Below are positions 48,500 through 62,580 of a DNA stretch of 64,000 bases, one piece after another; within the stretch, counting starts at the first letter, position 1; every line of letters begins with the position of its first letter. The notes beneath the pieces were generated by a model that saw nothing but the letters and a program-made list of their open reading frames with translations, ran no database searches and had not been told where the DNA came from. This DNA is from Takakia lepidozioides (taxonomy: Eukaryota > Plantae > Bryophyta): positions 70,866,001 to 70,930,000 of the forward strand of contig CM060731.1 in the NCBI GenBank assembly GCA_030704615.1. The letters run 5' to 3'. The position numbers and the translations under genes are program-made.

Positions 48500-49192
48500 C
48501 CCCTCATTCTAATGGCAGACAGTTAATTAACTGTCTAGAAGATCTTCAGCTTTTCACCTTGAATATCAGGACAAGAGGTGACCAAGTGCAGTGGACTCGT
48601 GAGAAATCCCAAACTGGGGAACGCTCCATTGTGGATTATATCATAATGGACAAAAATTTGTTCCCCCAGTGTGCGAATGTGTTGATCGACAGAACTGATA
48701 TTGCTACCTCTGACCAGTTCCTGGTTTGGAATGAGATCAAAAGGTGTTTTCCCAACACCAAGAGATATGTGAAACATTCGATTCGGAAGTGGCGCATAGA
48801 AAAACTTCATAATGAGGAGGTCAAGGTTGAGTATGTCCAGGCCTTGCAAGAGGCTCTCCCTCTCGATGCAATCGCTCCAAGAACTTCAGTCTCGCTCTGA
48901 TAACGCAAGAAATGAAGTCGAAAGAGCAGGGGACTCTTGGGAGAGTTTCGTTTCCTCCGTGGTTGACAAGATCATTGGGATGAAACTAATTGTCTGTGCT
49001 AGAGCTGTTAATTGGTGGACCAATGAGATTAAACTCAAGATAGCTGAGAGACGAGCCCTCTATAAAGAGTGCTGCAATTTGGAAACCAACAGAGAATTGT
49101 GGGCGAGGTACTACCAGCTCCGTAAAGATATCAATCAGCTTGTTAGGTCTCAGAACCCTAAATTATACTGGGACAAGTTATATAGTGTTTGA
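48500..49192 (+). pseudogene. LINE ORF2 fragment (copy 2)
   Basis: QWTREK...RSIVDYIIM...SDQFLVW...WWTNEIK. Confidence 0.65.
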
Positions 49193-49845
49193 AACTCGGA
49201 ACTTTGGTGCAGATCGCAAACCTGCTGATGGGTTGGGGAGTTTGCAGGGTGCTTTGCGCGCTTTCTCTTTGTTGGGGCTTCTTTCATCGTTTCCATCTCT
49301 GACTCCGAGCTGGTCTCATTCAAGTCTTCATGTGCGGCATAATCTTGGTCTCGCTGCAATTCTTGCTCTCGTGCCTCCTCTGTGTCTGACTCCGCTACCA
49401 CCTGCGCTTCCTCCTCTTGCTCTACCTCTTTCTCCCGTTGTGACATTGCAGAGTGCAGGAGTTGAACTCTGTGACTTCGGCGAGGAGGACCTGTGTGTTT
49501 GAGGATTTCCTCAACGAGGCGTTTAGGGCGACTCAATCTCGCTTCGACGCTGCAAAGAAGAAGAAGAAAGACAATGTCAGCAGCAGCAAAACCCTAACAT
49601 ATCCTCTCTGCAGGTTTGGAGCTTTTAATGCGGTTTCATGGCTAGGGCTAGGTAGGGCATATGAAAAAACGCAAGTTCGGACCTCTTTGCAATGTCGTAG
49701 ATCTTCAGTCGTGCGAAGAATGCCTTGTTCTCCGCTTGACGCTTTGCTCGTTCTACCTCCCTCGCTGTAGGCTTGCGCCCTGGTGTAACTTCTGGACACT
49801 CTATGTCTGTCTCCATTTCCTGACGAGTCTCACTCAGTCGCCAAG

Positions 49846-52800
49846 ATGATCCCTCCTACTGCCCATCGATTGCAAAGGCGGACACAAGCAGAACATGACG
49901 ATGACAGATTGTGGAAACTAGAGGAAGCGCGAGCAAGAAGACTGGGTCTTCGGAAAATTCTATGTCCATGCAATGCCTGTCATGGTGGGAACTGGCAAAC
50001 CATTGGCCGGGCTAAGCGTCATCTGCTTTTGAACTTGCGAGATCCTAACTTGCGAGAACTCCCGGTGCATATCTGTGGATTCTCTTCCCTTAACCCTGAT
50101 GCATACTTTGAAATTATAAGAAACAGTTCAAATTCCTGGTAGCGGGATTGTTGTAAGGTGTAGAGTATTGTACATGCCCGTTTTCCTATTGCCACGTGCC
50201 TGTATTATGGCACGTTCCACATCCACCATTTCCAACCCTAAACTCCCCATCTTATTGTGGATTGACATGTGGACTGATATGCTTATAAGCAGGAAAACTC
50301 TGGAGACGAACATGAGGGGTTTAGAACGGAAACCAGCCCTGCAGGTGGTCCTGATACCTTGGATCGTAATCTTGACATGCTTAGAATGCTCCGGGAGACA
50401 TTCGCAACTACAGATAATGGGGTGCAAACTGGTGATGCACATGAGGAACCGGGAGATGGAACACAGGGCCAATGGGACACAGATGGAGTGCCAGAGCAGA
50501 CTGATGGTGGACTGAAGAGCGATGGTGATCGTGGTGCAGCGAGTGCCTTACGTTTTGAGCAGGAGGCATCCAGGGCTTTGTATGTAGGGAGTTCTTCCTC
50601 TCGATTGTCTGCTACCTTACTGCTGTTAAATGCTTGTCAAACCCATGGTGTGTCAAACACCTTTGTCGATGAACTCCTTACATTGTTAGGAAGACAACTG
50701 TTGCCAGCAGACAATTGCCTGCCAAAGTCCCACTATGAGGCAAAACAACTCATAATGGAACTCGGGCTTCATTACGAGAGTATACATGCATGTCCGAAAG
50801 GTTGTGTGTTGTTCAGAAGGGAGCTTCAAAATTTGGAGGTTTGTCCAAAATGTCAGGCATGTCGTTATGTGGTGGGTACGAAGACACCAGTACCTCGTAA
50901 GGTCCTTCGACATTTCCCTATCATTCCAAGGCTGCTTCGAATGTATAAAGCCAAATCCATCTCAGAGTTATTGTCATGGCACTTTAAGAATCGAAGTTTG
51001 GATGGCTTGGTTAGGCACCCAGCAGACAGCAAGGCTTGGGCCCACATTGACCAAAAATGGCCTGAGTTTGCAGCGGACCCCAGAAATCTGCGATTGGGTC
51101 TCGCATGGGATGGTGTCAATCCTTACAGTGATAAATCAAACAAATGGTCAACTTGGCCTGTCATGTTGGTAAACTATAATCTTCCACCATGGCTGTGTAC
51201 TAAGCCATTTTTCACGATGTTGGCTTTATTGATTCCTGGACCACAATCTGTGGGAAATGACAATGCAGATGTTTATCTGCAGCCCCTTGTGGATGAGCTG
51301 AAATTGTTGTGGGAAGTTGGTGTGGAGGCATTGGATGGAAGTAGCCTAGTGGGGCAACAGTCATTTCGCATGAGGGCCATCTTGATGTGGTCAATCCACG
51401 ACTTTCCAGCTTATGGGTTGCTAGCAGGATGCGCACACGGGGGATACAAGGCCTGCCCAGCTTGCGGCCCTAATGTTGATTCCAGGTACTCCAAGGCATG
51501 CAAAAAAGTTTTGTATCTTGGTCATAGGAGATACTTGCCTGCTATTCATCCCTATAGGAATAACTCGTCCCACTTTAATGGACATGTGGAACATAGAGCA
51601 GCTCCTATGGTGGTCACTGCAAGTGAGCAATTTGACCGGGCTACAACCAGAGAGTTGTATCTCGCAATGGGAGGGGCTGAGGGGGGAAAACTGGACCCTT
51701 CAAAGAACATGGCATGAAACGGGTCACTGTTTTGAACCAATTGCCATACTGGAAAGACTTACTCATCCGATACACACTGGATGTGATGCATTGTGAAAAA
51801 AATTTGTGTGAGAATGTGCTGAGAACCATTCTTGGGGAGAAGGACACAGCCACATCTAGGAAGGATATGGAACTCAATGTCATTCGTGAACACTTGTGGT
51901 TGAGACCCCATCCCTCTCACCCGAACAAGTTGGTCAAGCCTTTGGCCCCATATGTTCTTACTGAAGATGAGAAGGTGCTGTTTTTGGAAACATTGGCTGC
52001 AGTAAAGGCCCCCACAGGTTATGCTGCCACATTCCAGAAACATGTGGCTGACAATAAACTGTCTACAATGAAAACCCATGACTACCATGTAATGATGCAG
52101 CAGATTTTACCTCTTTGCATTCGAGGGGTATTGGGAAAGGGTCCACGGATGGCAATTATGAGGCTTTCTCGAGTCTTCCAAAAAGTGTGTGCAAAGATCA
52201 TTAATCCAGCTGAGGTACCGGCCTTAAAAGAAGATGTTGCAATCACTATGTGTCTGCTGGAGAAAGAATTCCCTCCGTCATTTTTTGATATCATGACTCA
52301 CTTGCTTGTACACCTTGTGGACGAATTGGAGGTGTGTGGTCCCGTGTCTAGCCGTTGGATGTATCCTATGGAACGGTATATGAAGACATTAAAAGGCTAT
52401 GTAAGGAATATGAGCCGACCTGAAGGGAGCATGGCGGAAGGGTATGCTTTGGATGAGGCCCTAGGGTTTCTAACTGAGTATATGGCTGAATTTCATGCTA
52501 CAAGCCGAAGGGTGTGGGACTCCAATGAAGAAGACTCAGTTAGTGGGGAGGTGGTTGAAGGATTGGGAACTGTACGAGTCCTCACCATTCAAGAACGAGA
52601 CAGTGCACACGAGTATATTTTGCACAACACAGATTGCATGAAACCATTCCTTGAGTAAGTATGTTGCTTATCATATCCTGTGTGTTTCATTTCTGCCAAT
52701 GGTATAAGCTGTAATCCTAATTTGCAATTCTCATTTGGACAGGGCCTATGAAGAGGAGATGGCACTCATAGAAGCATCCCGCACTGAGTTCAGAACAGCA

Positions 52801-53655
52801 TACCTTTGTGGACAAGACCAAGACCACCACAATGGAGAAATTCCATACCCAACAGATATGCGCTTACTGGCTCCATTCCATGAATGGATTGAAGGTGCTG
52901 TCCAACGCAAGGTGAGTTCAGGTGAGTCCTATGATTTGGACATATGCCATTTATGTATACCACCAGCAGTACAGTCATTGGGCTTCAAGTCCATGTATGC
53001 TTACGGCAATCACTTTCGAGCAATAAGTGATGGGACTGGCGCCAGAGACAGGGTGACATTTGATTCTGGAGTTGCTCAAGTATTCCATCAGGAAAGCGAA
53101 AACAGAGCAGGTATGTCCAGACGAGTGTTATCCCAATTGGAATATGTGGGTGTTGTAAGAGAAATAATTCAACTGGATTACGGAATTCTTCACCCAATTC
53201 TGTTCTTGTGTACATGGGTGAGGTCACACATGGTGGGCCGGAATGCCACCATGAAACGAGATGATTATGGCTTTCTCTTGGTTGACTTCAGTCGCATGTT
53301 GCCTGGGATGGAGCAGCCCTGGACATTCCCTAGTCAGGTGGAGCAAGTTTTTTTCTCGGATGAAAAAAGTTCACGAGGGAACTGGAAGGTGGTCCTTCAC
53401 AAGGACCCTCGATCCCGACGAGTGGTTCACGATATTACAGAAGTGGCACTGGGTGAGGGAGACATTTATGTAGGCATGGTGCCTCCTGAAATTCCTCATA
53501 ACATCATGACCGAGCTTGCTGTTTGTGTTCCTTTGAGTGAGGCAGATGAATTGGCCATTGCCAACTTGAATGCACCTGCAAGGCAGAGGCGAAATGGTAG
53601 AAGGCGGAGGCAAGCTCCACATGGGAGGTACCAAGCCAGTTGTGCTATGGTGTAG
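49846..53655 (+). CDS. CACTA TnpD transposase, spliced, one 1-bp frameshift near 51705
   Basis: ORFs 49846, 50359, 51714 and 52735 give transposase-associated, Transposase_21, DUF4218 and DUF4216-like segments. GT-AG intron at ~52655-52743. Confidence 0.92.
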
Positions 53656-54228
53656 AGTTGGTTTCTACTATTGCATGTACTTTTCCAGGGTTTAGACTTG
53701 ATACAGCATGGTACCTTCCATGGGTGGGAGTGACTGAGCTGTTGGGGTGGGCAGAATTCTGACAAACACACTTTCATTTGTGACAGTGAACCCTAAACAG
53801 TCATGAAGTTGTGGCATGAATACTTTTCTGACCCTAATCAATGGTGGCCCAATTGTGGGAAAAAAGTGAATGCATGTTGGATTATAGAGAGTAGCAGATG
53901 CAATTGAGCATAGGAACTAGTGTGAGAAGTTGCCAGTTGTGCTATGGTGTAGAGTTGGTTTCTGCTATTGCATGTACTTTTCCAGGGTTTAGACTTGATA
54001 CAACATGGTACCTTACATGGGTGGGAGTGACTGAGCTGTTGGGGTGGGCAGAATTCTGACAAACACACTTTCATTTGTGACAGTGAACCCTAAACAGTCA
54101 TGAAGCTGTGGCATGAATACTTTTCTGACCCTAATCAATGGTGGCCCAATTGTGGCAAAAAGGTGAATGTCTGTTGGATTACAGAGAGTAGCAGAGGCAA
54201 TTGAGCATATGAACTAGTGTAAGAAGTT
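53635..54228 (+). repeat. 297-bp tandem duplication present only in CACTA copy 2
   Basis: GCCAGTTGTGCTATGGTGTAGAG starts at both 53635 and 53932; it is single-copy at ~9192. Confidence 0.85.
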
Positions 54229-57200
54229 GAGTTGGGTGTTTCCTAGAACAAATGTAGGCTGTTATTGTCAGCTGCTACCAGCAAGGCAAGGATGTATGCA
54301 TGATTTGTGCAGAGGCATGGATAGCTGAAGGAGCAGGGATAGAGTGTGGGTCCAGATTCATCGGTGAGGGCCACATTTCAAGCACAACATTGCCTATGAT
54401 TCCTTGTGGGAGAATAGCTACAAGAAACCTGCATGGGTAGATGGTCAACTGGAAGCCGCAGCAGCAGCGACACAATTGGTAAAATCAGGCGATGAGGGCA
54501 CCTTCTTCAACACATTTCACCCTGTTTTTCCCTCTTATTAGAATCGGCCCTAAATTTCCATGTTGAATTCTGCAAGTTAGCTGGTGGTGGACACATGTAT
54601 AGCAAATGTGGGAGCACTGAGGATGCGTGTTCAACACTATGGCTGAACGAGATTGTGCGTTTGCAGTGCGTGTGCAAGTCTGGCAGCTTTGGATGCATCA
54701 CCAAAGTTGGAATTGTAACAGATGCGATCCACATGTGGGGAGCATCAAGGGTATGCCAAATGCCTCGTATGCCAAATGTGGGAGCATCAAGGGCAAACCT
54801 GGCAGCTCTGGAAAAAGGGAAGAGGTCCATGGCTTCATTGTCAAAGCTGGAATTCTACCTGATGTGATTCTGAACAATGCCCTTGTGGACATGTATGCCA
54901 AATGTGGGAGCATCAAGGATGCGAAGGCAGTTTTCCAACACTATGGCTCTTGGAGTGATTTTGACATGTACCAGCGAAGGGGAGAAAGTGGGGCCCTCAG
55001 TAGACGAGTTGAAAAGCACTAGTTAAAAAGCACTGGCGCTTGATAGGGTGGGGCAAAATTCAGGCTGGGGTGATCATTGATATCCCGGACGCAATGTAAA
55101 AAAGACGGTTGTGAGTGAAGGACACCCGTAGCAAAAAAACCCTGCTGTCTCAAAAAAGGAGGCAGTCACAAAGAGCAAGGCACTTTGTCCAAGCTTCTCG
55201 AATCTAGCAACAATGTGGACAGGGATTGAGTCATTGGGAACAATTTATGTAAGGTGGCGAAGAAAACCTTGTCTGAGGATCACTGGATATTTCTCTAGTA
55301 CGGTTGGACTAGTAGAGATTGAAATCCGTGCTCAGCTCAGCTTCAGACTGTCTCATTGTGAAGGGTCACGGTTGACTGGACAGAAATGGGATTGACATTG
55401 CCGGGCTCCCAAATCTCTGAGACGACATGTGGTAGTTTTATCTATAGCTTCTCAAAGCAATTGTTTTACATTGTTCATTATAGTGTGACATTCTCATAAC
55501 GATATTGTCGTCAGCTGCATGAGCAGTGCATCTTTTTGGATTGTTGGTCCCCATAACCCTAATAACCTTTTTGAACTTTTTAAATTCTCTAAACAAAAGT
55601 CTATGTGTTATGTCGTCCAGGGCATGTTGAATAGAGGTGGAAGTCATTTTATCCATCCATCTTCCACCTGGATGGTCAATGGGCCAAGTCATATCCACCT
55701 TGATGGTCAATGTGCCACGCCATATAGTTGCCCCAAATTCCTGTAGGACATCTGACACTCACCTCACACTCCATGACTCATTTGACACTCATGTCAAATG
55801 CCCCATATGAATTATCTTGGTCAACATCTGTTGACCGTATGGGTGTCATTCGAGTGTGAAATTTGTAACACCATGTGGCTTTTCCTACAATGATCCAAAT
55901 CACACCTTGCCTCGTCTCACATGGGTGTAAGAAGAGCCGTTCAAAGTGCCAGGTGTGAACTATGGGTGGTGTTGGAAAAACCGGTTTCTGTAGTAGTGCC
56001 AACAAGCTCCATTTCTCCACGAAACTCACAAAAGTGAATCTGAAAATACACACCTTGATAAACTTGGTGTACCTGCAGTTCTACTGCACATTCCCTGGCT
56101 CTAGGACGCCTCATTGCTGCCCTTCCAGCCGCTCTTGCCACTCCAAGAGCCCTCGCCGTGCTAGAGTTTCAGATTGAAACTTCCAACTCAAGCAATATTT
56201 CACAAGTGCACTGATTTGCACACAAGAGGGACCAGCCCCCTCTCTTCACTCATACCTCTTCATGAGCTTGGAGCTGCAGCTCCCAACAGACTGCGATGCA
56301 TCCCCTCGTTGCTCCGCCTTTCGGCTGCTCCTCATCTACCCGCAACAACTCGTTTCGGGCAGATACCTGGAGCTGATCATATCATCTCCAACTTGCAACA
56401 TGCTAACTTCCCATGCGCAGCCCACATTTCAGCAGCTCCTTAACTCGGCCTGCAGCTGAAGAAGAGGTTTGCTATTTCATGAGCATGAGCGGCATGAGCG
56501 GCATGAGCAGAGTAGTAACACAATCGGTTTTCATGAGCAGAAGTACAAATTTCGAAAATAAAAAACAATAAAAAACAATAAAAAACAATAATTTAATGCA
56601 ATGTGTCAGAAAAAACAAATATATTATTCGGCCCCTTGAAGGGAAAATTGCACTTTTGACAGTTGTGCTCATGATATTTTGTCTTCCGCTCATGCCAATT
56701 CCTAGCGACATGTGCAAATATGGCGCCGAATTTCGCGGTAATAGGGTCCGTAACCTGAAAAAACGGCGACGTATTTCGCGGCAATAGGTCTCTCTGGCGA
56801 AAAATGGTGCCGAATTCCGCGGCTATAGGTCCCCTCATGACAGGTAATTCGGCGCCATTTTTCCAGTGCATGTTCGGACTTAGCCAGTTTTCGGCCCAAA
56901 AAAGAGAAATTCGGCGCCATTTTTCCAGACACGGTACCAGTGCATGTTGGGACTTAGCCAGTTTTCGGCCCCAAAAAGAGAAATTCGGCGCCATTTTCCC
57001 AAACACAGGTACCAGTGCATGTTGGGACTTAGCGAGTTTTCGGCCCCAAAAAGAGAAATTCGGCGCCATTTTTCCAGAAATGGCCCCAGAACTGCTTCTG
57101 TTGGATCTCAGTTTGAATGGAATATTGCCTCATTCCAGGAGTTTTGGGGTGCATTTCATTACACTGCAAAAAAAAAGTCTGATACAGCAAAATGCATTTG

Positions 57201-57233
57201 AAAATATCCATATGGAGGATTCCGTTTGCCCCA

Positions 57234-60200
57234 TCAATGATTTCTGGAATCCCTAAGAAGGAGTTTGTGCAGCTCGTTCACGCTCAACGCCGGTGCATGA
57301 ATAAAGTCATCAATAGTCACGTTCATCCTCAACCTCTTCAGGTAAATGTAATACAGATGCTTGCACGGATAATACTTCGAACCCTTCTTTGCTTCCATCA
57401 ACGAGAAGTCCGTACAGTTGCAAGTCGGCTCCACTCCAATCGTAATTGTGTATACATCGTCGCGTACAGCCGAGCCGGCCGTTGCCATCCGATACACACG
57501 CCCAAGGCCGGGTGGGGGTACGTCCACGGAGCTCTGAATAGTGCAAGCCATCCCAAGAGCATTGGCAATCCGAGTCTCATTCAACTTGTTGGGAGGGTGT
57601 CGTCTCTTCACTCTTCCGAATCGCATTGTGGGATGTGCAGAATTGTCCAATCCGTCTCTACTGGACCGAGCAGTATGCAATGGCTGGGTCTGAGGAACCG
57701 GAAATGCGTGGGCCGGGATGTCTGTGCGTTGCACCATTCGAAATCCTGCTGCAGATAGAGCATCCGCCTCATTCTGAGAGAGGCTGCAACCCGGTGCAAC
57801 AGGCCAGACGCCCGGAGGCTCCGGCATTCCCTGAATCCCGTACTTGGGCTTGCCAAATACACAGGTCATTATGTCGTGCCTACAGAACCAAAATGTCTGC
57901 GTTGTGGCGTGAGCAAATGTGGGAGTCAAAAATCTGCCGCTGAAACAAGGTGCAGGTACAGCACCGTGTGGGTTCCTCCGAATCATCTCACCACAGCGTG
58001 CTCTCGTATCCACCCGGATGGCGCAACACTTCCCTCGAAATGCCGGCAATGTCCTCGCAATTCTCCACTGTGACTCCGACACTCTTGTCTCCACAATGGG
58101 AATGTTGTATTGCTTTACTACAGATGGCTCGTTATGTTGCCGGGGCACGCGCCCTGTGCTCAAAGGAGATGACGATCTTGAACGTGCAGGACTTCCGGTG
58201 CTCGACGAGACCTCCTCGGACAACATCACCGGACCACGAGGGAGCGTGCGAATATTCTTGTCAGCTCGCCATGAATCCTCTTCTCCGCCAGGTGCCTCGT
58301 CAAGTCTTCGTCTCACTGGACGGGTATGAACATCTCCTTCCAAATGTTGGCCTCTTCGCAGCAATGGCGTGTCCCGAAGGCCCTCTCGCAAGGCCGCCGC
58401 CCACTTCCGAGGATTCTTCGATCTGGAGGCAGTCCGCATCAGCATTTCCTGCCTGTCCGGCCCCAAGCCCCACTGTTTCCCTTTCAAGAACTCGTTGTAC
58501 CTGCATTGCTGCATAATTGACCTCACAATGTCCTCCGTTGTGGCAGTGAGGATGTCCACCAGATGCGCCGCAGAGGAGGCACGCCAGGAAGAGTGCACTG
58601 ATTCGGCCATGTTTGTCGTGGGCATGTCGGTGTCGGAGTCGAGACACATTTCCTGCACAAGCACATGTTGAGGTTACAAGCAAGTTACAAATATGGCCAA
58701 GAATAATATCCAACGGGACGCGAATTCGTGCAACTCACCTCCCGCATATAGTCGCCGAACTGGAGGAAACGATAATGCCACCATGCTAGCCAACTGACCA
58801 TTGCTCCTTCGTCTGATTTCCTTACAGCACCTGACGATGTCCACCAAGCCCGTATGCATGCAAACTGTGTCTCTGCATCATCCAAGGTGGGAGCGCGCTT
58901 CCACGCAAGGCACATGGAACGGTGCTCCTCTCTGAAATCTGGCGCCACGAGCCTGGTTGTGTACTGCGAAAGGCTCTGCAGAAAGTGGAACCCACAAGAT
59001 CTCTCCTTGCCTTCCATGGGAACATTGGGGTCTTGCCCGTACACCCTTCGGATGGCAGCCCAATTTGCTTGTGCGTTGTCCGCCATGAAACCACGGAAAT
59101 TGGGAGGGGGCAATCCCGCCTTGGCCATCTGTTCGTTTATTCCCTGCCAAAGAAGCATCTCCGATTGTGTGTCCTCTCCTTTCATCTCACAAATAGCAAT
59201 TGTCATTAGCATCCTGCAGTGGGTGTCGTAGACATGTGCACCCATTGTCACCCACTGGTGATTTGTAATTCGCTTGATATGGTCGAACATGACCCAACTG
59301 TTTGACAAGTTCCCACTCGTCATCCTGTCGACCAGTTCGACGCCACTGCCAGGTCCACACGTGGACATTTTGAATACGAAACAACGATCTGCCTCAGTCC
59401 CTTGTCCTGGAAACCTACTTCCATGAATGTAGTCATATCCACATCGTCGCTTCACCTCCAGAATGGAGTGCATATCCGAGCCACGCCCAATTTTCTGTTT
59501 GCAAGAGACAATGTGGTTTCGGACATTCGGTGAACATACGTGGGACACCGACTCGAGCAATGCCTCCATTTCCTTCTCGTCGAGAGGAACTCTATCCGAG
59601 CCGTCTTCCGACATAATTCTGGCCAATGCCATCTTATGGGCGGCTTGGAGCTGTATCTGTTTGGGTTTGGCACCCGGTCTCAACTTAACCTCCTCCTGAA
59701 CGAGCTGCTCTGCTTCGTGGGCAGCCTCCCGCGAGTTCCCCCTCGCCAATTTGTGACAATGGGAACCAACGTGTATGCAAGCTCGGGTGAGGTCAGGGAA
59801 ACGGTGCAACACATAGAACTGCTTGGCATTACAAACAGACATGCAGTGTGGTGGTTCTTTGCAATGCGCACACTTAAATGTGGAGTTCGGAACCTTCTCC
59901 TGAGCTCGAAATGGTTGGTGAGCTGTGCCTGTCCAATCGGTCTCGTTCCTGTGACCTCTGGATTTAAAGTGGAAACACCGCAACGCGCCCGCACAAACAA
60001 CGTAGCGCACCCGCACACCATCAAGCATCTTCATGCTGGTGGTTTTGGTAACGCACCAAGGATGACCGTCATGTTTTCTATCCATATCTGTCAACATTCC
60101 GGACGCCCTCGAGTAGTCCGCCCGAGGAGGGAACTCAAAGAAGACATTACCGTCGACGTCGGCGGGAAGGCATGTAACCGATTTAATTGCGAACTTGCTG

Positions 60201-60811
60201 TAGTCCAGCCCGGCCAGCTCCGACCGGTGTCCCTCCAGGTGAAGCCCTCGCAGAATTTCTAGAATAGATCGAACTGCGGTGCTCGTGCTGGGAATATGAC
60301 TCCCTCCTCCACTGACGTCCATTGAGGACTTGCCTGATCTCCAGGACGACCTCGGAACTTCCATGACCTCGTCTGAGTCGGACAGGTTGTGAACAACCCG
60401 GTTCTCGGTCGTCTTCATGGATGGGTTCGGCTCTGGATTTACTTCGTTGCGGACTTCTCTCTTTGAGGTACCCACTCTCTGATTCGCGGATTGTTTCGTG
60501 GAAGGCGCCAGGATAGACGGTGCATTTGGCGGGCAAATGAAGTCCCCAACAGCCCTGTATATGACGCTGTCCGATGGTGGAACTCGCCATTCCCTGCCAT
60601 CGCCGAAATCATCGTGGAGCACAACAATACTCTCAACAACAAGGCCGTTTGAGTCCTTCCTTTCCTCCTCCAAAAAAACCGACCCCGGTTTCAGGTGGTA
60701 TCGAACGCACAGATATTTCTCCATCACCCGGCAGGTGTCCCCTCTGCACGGAAATGAAGCTCTATGCTCGTGAGGAGGGCAGTACACTGTAGCGCTCGGG
60801 TTTTCCGCCAT
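57234..60811 (-). CDS. Intact MULE-type transposase (GCM-like, DDE, SWIM), 2 exons
   Basis: ATG at 60811. The 86-bp GT-AG intron 58738-58653 splices in frame (GDYMRE|EMCLD). Motifs MFDH, FMADN, CGFH, TTNMAES and SWIM CNCTDF...PCKH. Confidence 0.92.
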
Positions 60812-61759
60812 GGGAGATGTGCACACAAGACTGCCAGGATGGCGTGCGGGGAAGCTCCCTGGTAGAAGGGGGTGCAGTGATGGGAATGAATGCGATGCCG
60901 ATTTGTCCGAGCGACGAAGCCTGATCCAAATCCAGGGAGCCAACTATCTCAAAAATCCACAGTCAGAGTGTTAATGAACCTTGTCTCCGGAATGCGGCCC
61001 CTCGTCTTTGCGCAATAACTGCCAACGGTATGCAGTCAGAAAGTGGGGGGCCGTCCGGATGATGACGGCTGAAGGGGATAAGCCGGCACCGTGCCGTCAC
61101 ATTACTACCCCCGAATGGAAATTCGGCACCCAACATCCAACAGAGGAAGCCCGGATGAAGTCGCCTCGGGCGCAGAGGCCGGAGTGTGTGCGACAGATAA
61201 CATCTTCTGGATGGAGATTCGGCGCCGAATTTCCATCCGGTCCCCCCAAAGGGAGTCGTGTCGGGGGGTCAGGCCGAAAACTGGACGGCATAAAAACATC
61301 CCCAGATGGAAAAACGGCGCCGAATTTCCATCCGGGGCGATTCGGATGCAGTCGGGGAGGGGGAGTGGCCTGCAGTTGGCTGTCACATTTCAACCCCCGG
61401 ACGGAAATTCGGCAACGAATATCGAACAGGGGACGCCCGGATGAAGTCGCCTGGGGCACAGAGGCCGGCCAGTGTGCGACAGAGAACATCCCCTGGACGG
61501 CCATTCGGCGCCGAATTTCCATCCGGGCCCCCCCAAAGGAAGTGTTGTCGGCGTGTCAGAGCGAAAACTGGCCGACATAAAAACCTCCACAGATGAGAAA
61601 ACGGCGCCGAATTTCAATTCGGGGCCGTTCCAATGAAGTCGGGGAGGGGGGAGAGGTCGGAACCTGGCAGTCATATTTCAACCCCCGGGACGGAAATTCG
61701 GCACCGAATATCCAACAGAGCGGCGGAGAGGCGGCACCTCTCCGACAGAGACCATCCCC

Positions 61760-62580
61760 CGGATGGAGATTCGGCGCCGAATTTCCATCCAGCAGGTAAG
61801 TCGGATCGGTGCCATATGGATATTCGGCGCCGAATTTCCACCCTGCAGGTAATTCGAATCGTGGATGAATGGAAATTCGGCGCCGAATTTCCATCCAGCA
61901 GGTAAGTCGGATCGGTGCCATATGGATATTCGGCGCCGAATTTCCACCCTGCAGGTAATTCGAATCGTGGATGAATGGAAATTCGGCGCCGAATTTCCAT
62001 CTAGCAGGTAAGTCGGATCGGTGCCATATGGATATTCGGCGCCGAATTTCCATCCTGCAGGTAATTCGAATCGTGGATGAATGGAAATTCGGCGCCGAAT
62101 TTCCATCCAGCAGGTAAGTCGGATCGGTGCCATATGGATATTCGGCGCCGATTTTCCATCCTGCAGGTAATTCGAATCGTGGATGAATGGAAATTCGGCG
62201 CCGAATTTCCATCCAGCAGGTAAGTCGGATCGGTGCCATATGGATATTCGGCGCCGAATTTCCATCCTGCAGGTAATTCGAATCATGGATGAATGGAAAT
62301 TCGGCGCCGAATTTCCATCCAGCAGGTAAGTCGGATCGGTGCCATATGGATATTCGGCGCCGAATTTCCATCCTGCAGGTAATTCGAATCGTGGATGAAT
62401 GGAAATTCGGCGCCGAATTTCCATCCAGCAGGTAAGTCGGATCGGTGCCATATGGATATTCGGCGCCGAATTTCCATCCTGCAGGTAATTCGAATCGTGG
62501 ATGAATGGAAATTCGGCGCCGAATTTCCATCCAGCAGGTAAGTCGGATTAGTGCCGTATGGATATTCGGCGCCGGATTTC
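61760..62580. repeat. Tandem array, 106-bp unit (2 x 53 bp), about 7.5 copies; each half centred on ATTCGGCGCCGAAT
   Basis: Motif at 61771, 61824, 61877, ... 62513, with an exact 53/106-bp period. Confidence 0.95.

Larger units (their letters stand above)
44396..55998. mobile_element. CACTA transposon, copy 2, both termini present (11.6 kb)
   Basis: Left end CACTAGTACAAAAACTGGTTTTT; right end (reverse complement) CACTACTACAGAAACCGGTTTTT. The flanking trinucleotides differ (TCA versus CCA). Confidence 0.92.

Noticed and set aside
55999-56463. Short ORFs after the CACTA right end
   Set aside because: No recognisable motif; left unassigned.
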